Shown: positions 54,901 through 64,000 of the stretch, piece by piece | How the letters are laid out: the number at the start of each line of letters is the position of its first letter | Numbering within the stretch: position 1 is the stretch's first letter | NCBI GenBank assembly: GCA_012295275.1 | Contig: CM022673.1 | Coordinates: 19,716,001-19,780,000, forward strand | Length of the DNA: 64,000 nucleotides | Origin: Chrysomallon squamiferum | Lineage: Eukaryota > Animalia > Mollusca | Reading direction: 5' to 3' | Program-made: the position numbers and the translations under genes | The notes under the pieces: generated by a model | The model's input: the letters and a program-made list of their open reading frames with translations, nothing else | Databases searched by the model: none | What the model was told of the DNA's origin: nothing

Positions 54901-57900
54901 AAAATATCCACCAGATTAACACAAAATTTATGAAGGTGATATAAAAGTATGAAACAAAAGTTAGTCATGTTTCAGGTTTCTCGCTCTAAGGGAAGCAATC
55001 TTCTACTAGTCACATTTCTGCATTGTGTTGTATGTGGATTCATAAAAACAACAGCAGTCAACAGAATCATTTTCACTAAACTTTGACAGTTTTGAACTCA
55101 TACCAATCTCATCATTAACATCATAAATTACATTTACCACAAGTAAAGTTGTATGCAAACACTAATTTGCCAACAGTTGAACAATTTCAGGAAAATGGCC
55201 AAATCTACAATAAATGGCAAAAAACCCCCAAAACAACCAAGTTCAAAACAGAATATCTAATTTAAAACTCATCACACATGTGTTATTAGTTGAATACAGA
55301 ATCTGCAATGCTGATTGGACCATATTTATGTGCGAAATCTCCCTTGTACACAAAGTTATAAAACATTTTATTTATTATCTTGACTATTTAATTCCTGTCT
55401 GAATTCAACAATGTCAATGATAATGGTAATAATTCTGCTTATATCTATTATAGTATGTTAAACAGTTTTACCCAGGAACAATGTCTTTTTTGTTTCCTGT
55501 CATAACAAATTGTATTAAATTATGAATATGTATTTCAGAAAACATAAACGACGTTCACGCTCACCTAGATCACCATTAAGAGGAAGTCAGTCTCGTTATT
55601 CAAAAAAAAATTATTTAGATCGTCATTCTCGAGGACATTATGTAGATTCATCCAGTAGATCACCTACTCCAATTTGTGGCAGTTCACACTCAAGGGAACC
55701 AAAATATGCACCTGGTAGTTTGGCCTATGAACTAAGTAAACACAGAAAGGCCAGAGAAAATAAACAGTTGAGAAACAGAGATGAACACCAGATTATTGTT
55801 GACAAGCAGCATCATCAACATGACAATAAAGACTTCCAGAAACAGATTAAACGTGAAATAACTCCCACTGGACAGCCACCAGCTAAAAAACAGGAAAGAT
55901 CTATGTGTCATATGAGTGATGATTGTATAGTTATTAAAGTAGAGAATCTAAAAATGGGTGGTGGGCAAGCAGAAAGGCGGGTGATGAGGACTGAACCACA
56001 TACACCAGCTGATGAAAGAGGGTTTTCAGATAACCATCGACCAAAGAGTCATGAACAGAGACTTGAAAGCAAACAGAAGGGAAATGCACAGCTGGAGGAA
56101 TCTAGACAGGCTTACCATCCCCCAGCCCAGATTCCATCCAAAAAGCCATTACCACTACCTGTTCTTTCACCTGTTGATTCTAACTCTAGCCTCAACTCAT
56201 ACAAGTAATATTTTAAATATTCTGTTTTTAATAGTTTGTTGTTACACAGCAGAGAAATAATATTACTTAAAGAATATTCACAGAAGAAAAAAAAAAAGAA
56301 GTATAAACTGTATTACTGTTAGTGATTTTATTACATAAAATGCTTTTGTGAATTGTGACCACACGCACGCACACGTGTATGTATACATTTTTTAAATTTT
56401 TTATTTTTTTACATACAGAAACTGACAATAGAATAAATATTTAGCATTATTAAGGTTAACTGCATGATGTTGTTTTTCATAATGTCTTAAACATTTTTTT
56501 AATCAGTGAGCGAGAACCAGAACCACGTAAAAAGATAACTGATTTACCCATGCCTCCAATGATGGATGATCCTGAGGCTGATTATGAACAGGAGCAGGCA
56601 CAAGAGTTAAACACAGAAGCAGAAACAAGGAGAGAACAACACCAGTCAACAATAAGGAAACCAAAGTATGATTCTTATTTTCATTTTCGAGTATGAATGC
56701 TTTATATATATTATATTTTGTTTTTAAGAAAAATATGTGTCACTGAAACTTTGTTTTCACAATAAAGGACATAAATATTGGGTTCTGGTTGTACTTCACA
56801 CAAGAAAATAAAAAATTAAATTAGAATAAAATTTGAAGAAACATATCTGACTAAATTAATATGCAGTTCTTTTTCCCTAAATTAAATTGGTAGTCCAAAG
56901 GTTAATAATTTTTTCAGAGTTTTAATGTAACAGAATGACATACTGTCAGTAATAACAGTAATCAAAATTAACAGGTACAAGCATCTACAGTGCTGCTGTA
57001 TAGATGTGTATTGCTATCTGTCATTCATTTGCATTCTTAATTTGTTTTCGTTTCATATATCTAATATTACTATATTGCCAATAGAACGTGTGTGAAACAT
57101 CAGTTGATGGTAAAAATCACATGTTGAGAATATTCTGTCATCACCTTTTCTAAAACCACTACTTTCATTCCTTGAATTAAAGATGAACAAGCAAATACTA
57201 GCTGCTACAGTGCTATAAAAGGACAAACCTAGATCGTCTGACAAGCCAAAACTCAAATATAATATTTTATATTGGAATTTGTAAAACAACTTAAGTTTGT
57301 CATGTTTATGAATAGTAATATTTTTAAAATTATTTTTCTTGTTTAACTGATCTTAATACTTTACTTTTCCAAATAATAATAATAATAATAAACATTAAGT
57401 GTTGGGAGTAAGTATTTGCTCCCATAGGGTTAAGACAAATTTCAAAGTCTGGGTCAAGTCATAAATATCTCTCCCTTGTGCACTAAATACGGCCATTTAT
57501 CTAGATTACTTTGAAATTGTTTGTAAAGAAAGTGTTTTTAAATTAAACAAATACCAATTTGTATAAAATGTCTTGCACACATGCATGCACACCAATTAAT
57601 GTTAAATTAAGGCAACATGCAGCAGAAAACAAGTGCAAATGATAGTAAAACGATAATAGTATGAACCCTAACTGCAATTTGTTCAAGTTTATTGCATGCA
57701 AGTCCTGAAACCAGAATAAACAGATAGAATATTAGGCTTTTTAAAACTTTTAAAAATTGTGTGCTCTATTAAACTGTCAGTCTTTATATCACCAAATTCT
57801 CTCTGTTGTAATGTCTGAAAGAATCTAATTTTAAAATTTGCCATGTTTCATTAGAATTGAATATATAGTTACAAAGAAATTTTGATTCTGTGTCACATGC

Positions 57901-60900
57901 AGATTGAAAAACAGGAAATGAGAAAAAAACAAGAAATATGAAGAGGAACGTGTTTATACCCTATTATTTATTTCTCAATCTCAGTCTTGCTTGAACATTT
58001 TAGATGCTCAGTCAGCAATAAGTATAAAGTCATTTGTTTCCCCATTTGAAATATATTGCCCAAAACAAAAGATTATGATAACGAAGGTGCCAGATTCAGT
58101 ATCGATTCCTGACACAATCTTGTTTTGCTTACTTGCTTTGCACTGTCTTGCATATGTTTCATATGTATTACTTGATCGTTAGTATAAAGAAAATGGCTGA
58201 TGCTATGGCCTGCAAATGCAAATATAATTGGTTAGTGCTTGTAAATGCATTTTTACTGCTTAAAAAAGACATTTTTAATGGATCTGACATACGAGACCTG
58301 AAAGTAGAAATGTTCAGGAATGTAAATCTGTAAAAAAAAAAAAAATATTCATCAAATTGATCCACATTTAGTATTTTCTGCTTCTGCCTTGAATTGAAAT
58401 TTCAGTTTATTTTTCATTTACATATAGATTTAAAACTTATTATGACCTGTATAAAATAAATATTTTGTGAAGAATGTTTACATATCGTCACAAATCATTA
58501 ATTATGCAGTAACTTGCATTATTTTATGCAATTAACATTTAAAGCTAAACTTGTATTTTTGTTATTTTCCTTCACCCATAGCATTTATTGTGAATTTAGG
58601 ATTTAAACCTTTACAGAAGAAAACCAACATGAAATTTCTCTTTGAAGTCTTTTCATCCTATTATGGTTTCTTATAGCTCTTAACCTAAATATACATTCAA
58701 GTTCGGGCTTAATAATATTATTTTAGACCATTGATAATGAGATAAACTGATTTCATAATCTTATTTTTTCTCATTTTTAGTTCTTCTACTAACTTTTTAA
58801 AAATTTAGTTTGCATATAACTTGCCAGTTCTCATAATATGATATAAAAATATTTTTTGTAATTACAAATATGATATTTCTGGATTTCAGAATCTGCAGTC
58901 AGAGACGAAACAGTGAGCGCAGCATGGGTGACTGGGGGGAGAGGTGTGTCGACTGGTTCAAAATTTTGGAAATTATTGGGGAAGGTACATATGGACAGGT
59001 GTACAAAGCCAAGGATACTGTGTCAGGTACATCCCACATTGTTTTTATGTTTTGTTTGTCTCAAAAACAAGCAGATAAATGGGGAAAAAGAAAACAGACT
59101 GAAATGGTGATAGCTGATGCCATACTAACCAAAAAATTAAGTTATAATAGTATGTTAAAAAAATAACAAAGATTGTTTCACTTTCATTTAGGATTCATTA
59201 TATGTTTATATCAATTAATTCTGCAGATCTGATACGAAAATTTCCTTATTTTTAGATGAATTTGTAGCCTTGAAAAAAGTCCGTTTAGAAAATGAAAAAG
59301 AAGGTTTTCCAATAACAGCTGTTCGAGAAATTAAAATTTTAAGGCAGCTGCAACATCCAAACATTGTAAATCTTAAAGAAATAGTAACTGACAAACAAGA
59401 TGCTTCTGATTTCAAGAAAGACAAAGGTTAGTAGTAACTTATTTCAACTCTTGTTTGACAAATTGTCTTTTATTATTTATTTTTTTAAAGTTTTTAATAT
59501 TTTTATTTAATAAAATAAATAAAATTTAAAAAGCTAAATAATTAGAAATAGAGTAAATCTTTTTTATCACTGAATTTGCTTTTGATGCTGTAGCTTAGAA
59601 TGAATCATGTTTTAGTATTTTGTTTAATCTTTTTTAGGTGCCTTTTATCTGGTGTTTGAGTATATGGACCATGATTTGATGGGACTTTTAGAGTCAGGAT
59701 TTGTGAATTTCAAAGAAGACCATATAGCATCTTTTATGAAACAACTGCTAGATGGTTTATTTTATTGTCATAGAAAGAATTTCTTACATAGGGATATAAA
59801 ATGTTCTAATATTCTTCTCAACAACAGGTATGGGTCGTTCATTTAATTAATCTGTCAAAAAATAATAATAAATTTATTCTTACATTTTAATATTGCTTTA
59901 CTAATTAAGAACATCTGTAATATTTAAACGTTGTATATAAAATTGTTTTATTGAATCAAACTTACTATTTTAAGAAAAAAGAAAGAAAACTGAAAAAATT
60001 GCTTTACAAATGATATAGCATATACTTGATATTTGGTAAAGTTTCAGCCTTTCTTTGACAAAAAAAAATGTGTTTGCTTTCATCTGATACATTTTAACTT
60101 ATCCCTGTAACTCGGATATTTAGATAGGTGTAGAGTTCATAATTTTTCTTGTCCTTTTTATAAAAACATGTTTCATTATTCAGAGGGCACATAAAGCTGG
60201 CTGATCTGGGCTTAGCTCGCTACTACTGTGCCGATGATCGTGATCGTTTGTACACCAATAAAGTGATCACCTTGTGGTATCGACCTCCAGAGTTGCTTTT
60301 AGGAGAGGAACGTTATGGTCCAGCAATTGATGTATGGAGTTTGGGGTAAGAATATTTCTTCACACTGACAGTGATTTCTTAATTGCGTATTTCTTGTGAA
60401 GTCTAATTAGATGTTTACCATTGTTGCACTGTTTCCTGTTTACAAAACCAAAATGAATGAAAGAGAAGAATTTAAATGTATTTGTATTTTTTATGCTTTT
60501 ATTGATTTAATAATTGATTTATACTTATAGACAGCTACATAATTAAACTAGTTTACCATCTGCTGCTTTTGTTCTCTGTGTTATCAGTGTAAATGATAAG
60601 CAGCATTTCATGAAGCAGCTTATAACTTTCTTTTTTTTTCTTCCTTAAACATACTTATTCTTTAATGGATTTTCCTTTCAAGCTAGAATAATTTATTTTT
60701 TATTTTTCCATCCCACCTTCAGCTGCATTTTGGGGGAACTATTTACAAGAAAACCAATTTTTCAAGCCAACCAGGAATTTCCTCAGTTGGAGCTGATCAG
60801 CAAAACTTGTGGAATTCCATGTCCAGCAGTGTGGCCTGATGTGATAAAACTTCCTCTTTTTCACACATTTAAACCTAAACGCCAGTATAGGAGACGACTT

Positions 60901-63237
60901 CGTGAAGAATTCTCATTGTATGTATTAGATTGTTTAACTTCAAGAAAACTATTATAATATTATTTTAGCATTAAGTATCTGTGATTTAAAATTTGTTTGC
61001 ACTCTATTAATATATGAATTTTTATTTATTTACTCTTTCTTTTGTGATGTAATTCGTTTTATGAACATTAAAATGCAAATCTGGAATATATCATACCATT
61101 AGATCATTCTTTGTAAATTAATTTCAGTTTATAAATGAAACATTTGAAGTTAATGATTATTTTTCAATTTCTTTTAAATTAAATAAATATAGCTTAATTT
61201 CAGAAGGCAGCAAAAGGTATGTGCCAATAAGTTTTCATGTACACTTGATTTTTGGCATACACATTCTAACTTGTCAGGTTTTGTTTTTGAAGCTTACCAA
61301 AACTTGCCTTAGATTTGATGGATCATATGTTAGAACTGGACCCAGGACGAAGATGTACTGCAGAACAAGGTCTGAATAGTCCTTGGCTTTGTAATATTGT
61401 TCCATCACGAATTCCACCCCCAGAGTAAGTTGTATGATCTTTGACTAATTTGGTATATATTTTAATTAAGACAGAATTATTTTATTTTATTTATATAAAT
61501 AAGAAGGTTACTGATAGATTTATGCTTTCTTTTTCTGATTTGATGAAAACTCTTATTATGATTTTTATTATCTTTTTTATTTGCCTGTAGTTTAAATTAA
61601 TAATTAAAAGGAAAATTTAACAAATTTTGTCAGGTTAAATTAGGGTGTCTGTTATAAAATGTTTTGTCTTTTTCAGAAGTGACTAGAACTAAAATATATG
61701 TCAATGAAATGGAAACAAATATTTATTTTTAAATGTTAAGTGTTTTTCAGATTCTTGTACACACACACACGCACACACATACACATTGTCATTGTCATCA
61801 TCATCATCTGTTGTTTTGGGGAATTTTAGTATTATCTTTTCATAATGTGTTAAATAGTAAAGTTTGTAATGACACTTTTTTTCCAGTTTACCCAAAGATC
61901 AAGATTGTCATGAATTATGGTGTAAGAACAGGAAAAGAATGCTGAGAGAACAGATGAGAAAGGAGCAAGAAGTCGGTGGAGTTATCTCAAAGGCATCCAC
62001 TCCACAAGGAATAAAAGTGACACCAGTTGGTCGTGCTGCTGCAGCAACAATACCTTTGTCACAAGGAAAACTTTCAAAAACTCCAGTTGACGTACGAACT
62101 TCAGGAGAACCATACCTTACTGAAACATCAGGAATAACATCTGTGTCTTCAGGAACAGGTGACCGTAAACAGCCATATGGAAATGGGAATTCTGAAGACT
62201 TACATTCTATTCCTGGTTTGGCTTTATCTGACAAAGTTGAAGCAGAAGAGGCTGGGGGTGGTGATGCATTTGGTCTAGAAAAATCAACTTGTAGCAGAGA
62301 CCAGATAATTAGTGGTAAAACTACACAGAGTCAGATTACTGATTTGATTGAACTTCTTAAAACCCAGAGTGGAGGGATCAGTATCACACAGATAGCAAAA
62401 AGTTTGAACATTAATGTTGACCAGCAAACAACACAGTTGTTGGACAATTTAAAACAGCAGTTACTTGAAGCTGCTTCGGCTGTGAAAGACAAACAGTCTT
62501 CTGCTATGTACACATCACCTGTAGAACCTGTAACTAAATGTTTTACCAAAGAAACTGGTTTTGATGTTGACAACCAAGGAGCTTCTGCTTTTCTACACAC
62601 TGTGACAACTGAGAGTGCAGTATTTCCAAGTACAACCAGTTCAGGTTTTACTAACACACTGATTCAACAAGGCTATGATAAACATGCTGGAGTAAAAGCT
62701 GCTCTTGCCCAGTTGTTAGCACAACAGGGTATTCCTGTTGCTATGGGTGGATCAAAAGTGAGACCAGCTAGCAGTAATTCTGGTACTATCAGTAATGTTC
62801 CTGTGCAAGGACAAAGCTCTTGCCCTCATAATTTTCATAATTTTGAGTCACCAGTTTCAAGCATGGGAAATACAAATGTACCAGCAGTCTCTAGTAGTGA
62901 AATATCCAGCATCCCACCCATTTCCAGTGTTATAACACAGTCGGCATCAACTGTCAGAATTAAGGCACAGTTCAATCGTGGTTCAGATGATTCAAGAGAA
63001 AGTGATGGCTATTGTGACCCTCTAACTACAAACATTCCAAACACACAATCAATGCCCTATTTTGAATCTGCAACACGGGGACGTGGGAGAGGAGTTCCCC
63101 ATGGACCACCACCAGGCTTGCCATCTGGTTTATCTCAAAAGCATACTACTGGATATGGTCGGAGGTTTGGAAATGATCGTGATGAAAGAAAAAGAGATTC
63201 ATACAATTCTAATTCTGGTCTGATGGGCTGGCAATGA
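48960..63237 (+). CDS. CDK12: Cyclin-dependent kinase 12/13 (RS-rich N-terminus, kinase domain, long C-terminal tail), ~1287 aa
   Basis: Exons 48960-49210, 52801-53250, 55539-56204, 56507-56665, 58890-59026, 59256-59426, 59638-59827, 60184-60345, 60723-60917, 61293-61424, 61887-63237 (3864 nt). Motifs: LVAYDDISSDSD, RS repeats, [77 protein letters not shown]. Probably co-orthologous to vertebrate CDK12 and CDK13. Confidence 0.95.
53642..54300 (+). repeat. Old dispersed repeat, copy 1 (CDK12 intron 2); related copy at ~57608-58200
   Basis: Collinear diverged blocks gatagtaaa(a)cgataata..tgaaccctaa.tgca, caccaaa.tctctgttgtaat, cattagaatt.aa and cttgaa.a.tt.agat.ctcag.cag. Confidence 0.7.
57608..58200 (+). 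repeat. Old dispersed repeat, copy 2 (CDK12 intron 4)
   Basis: Same blocks in the same order as 53642-54300; both copies begin TTAAGGCA. Confidence 0.7.
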
Positions 63238-64000
63238 CATTTGATTACTTTCAATATTACTTCATTTTATAGTTTACTTGTATTTGGTTCTGTGTGGTTG
63301 AGGTCGTGTAGTTAATGTTTTTAAGAGTGCAGACATTATTTTTTTAATCTGAAATCTGAGAAAAAGTTAAATATATATATAATACTTTTTATTTTCTTAA
63401 GATTGACAGAAAGAAAAAAATGCTATCTCTATGAACTTTGCTGGTGTTAATGGAACATCAGAGCACTTGTTTTTTTAATTTTTTTATGTGAATGCTTTTG
63501 TTTTTCAGTTTTGTTATCTTTTTTCGTATCCTCTTGAAGTAAAGTTTTCTTAGATAATGGATAATTATACAAACAAACTGAAAGATGTAGATTACATTTT
63601 GATCTACTACTATTACTGAGCAGATCCTTTAAAATTAGTAATATGTTGGCATAATTTGCAAATTTTCCAATATTAATAAATAATATGCCCATGGTGAATT
63701 AACAATTGATTAAAATTCAGTTGCATATGTTCAGATCTTTAATATTTATTAAATATGATTGTTCTATAAAGTAAATAATAGCAACTGGATGCTTTGTTAT
63801 TAATGTAAAATTTATTATGTGAATGTGGATCACAAATCTGTTTCATTTTTTCTTCTTGAAATTTGTCATTAATTCAGCTTCTGACGTGAATGATTTTTAA
63901 AAGAAAAAGATTCAGTCATTTGCTATATTGTCTTTGTTATTATTATGTTTTAAATAATCATGTAATTATATAATGTATTCTGCCTTTATAAATTATATTT

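Noticed and set aside
61266-61292. Upstream acceptor TTGTCAG (61277) for CDK12 exon 10
   Set aside because: It is only 8 nt from the likely branch A in CTAAC and would introduce an in-frame TGA. The AG at 61292 gives the conserved protein.
61908-62657. Two 108-aa antisense ORFs opposite the last CDK12 exon
   Set aside because: Antisense shadows of a long Ser/Thr/Gly-rich coding exon, with no independent signals.
649-63692. Most of the 60-120 aa ORFs in the six-frame track
   Set aside because: They are intronic or intergenic, with F/I/L/K/N-biased composition typical of AT-rich non-coding DNA and no recognisable motifs. Only those overlapping the listed exons or TE relics are meaningful.
1-64000. 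tRNA, rRNA, CRISPR, viral or prokaryote-type systems
   Set aside because: No cloverleaf, rRNA, repeat array, operon or viral hallmark could be recognised by eye. tRNAscan-SE and Infernal/Rfam would be needed to exclude small ncRNAs.

Overview
AT-rich animal genomic DNA with spliceosomal introns. It is probably an invertebrate such as a mollusc, inferred from base composition and repeat types only. Five intact-looking multi-exon housekeeping genes lie in strictly alternating orientation: the 3' part of GALNT11 (+, 361-5960), LSM12 (-, 10529-13628), HSD17B7 (+, 15183-27350), INPP1 (-, 44460-47897) and the CDK12/CDK13 homologue (+, 48960-63237). All exon chains were built by hand from GT-AG sites and give continuous reading frames. 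The ~17 kb gap between HSD17B7 and INPP1 is a transposon graveyard: hAT relics, a hAT MITE nested in an I-clade LINE, an L1/Tx1 relic, a Tc2-like MITE and a Tigger-like relic. I found no convincing new multi-gene system. The most notable points are a DFG-to-DLG change in the CDK12/13 kinase, a U12-type intron in LSM12 with a short branch-point spacing, an unexplained compact exon/intron-like unit at ~33.2-34.9 kb, a candidate microexon in CDK12/13, overlapping uORFs and a foldback element. Family comparisons come from recalled sequences; no database search was run.
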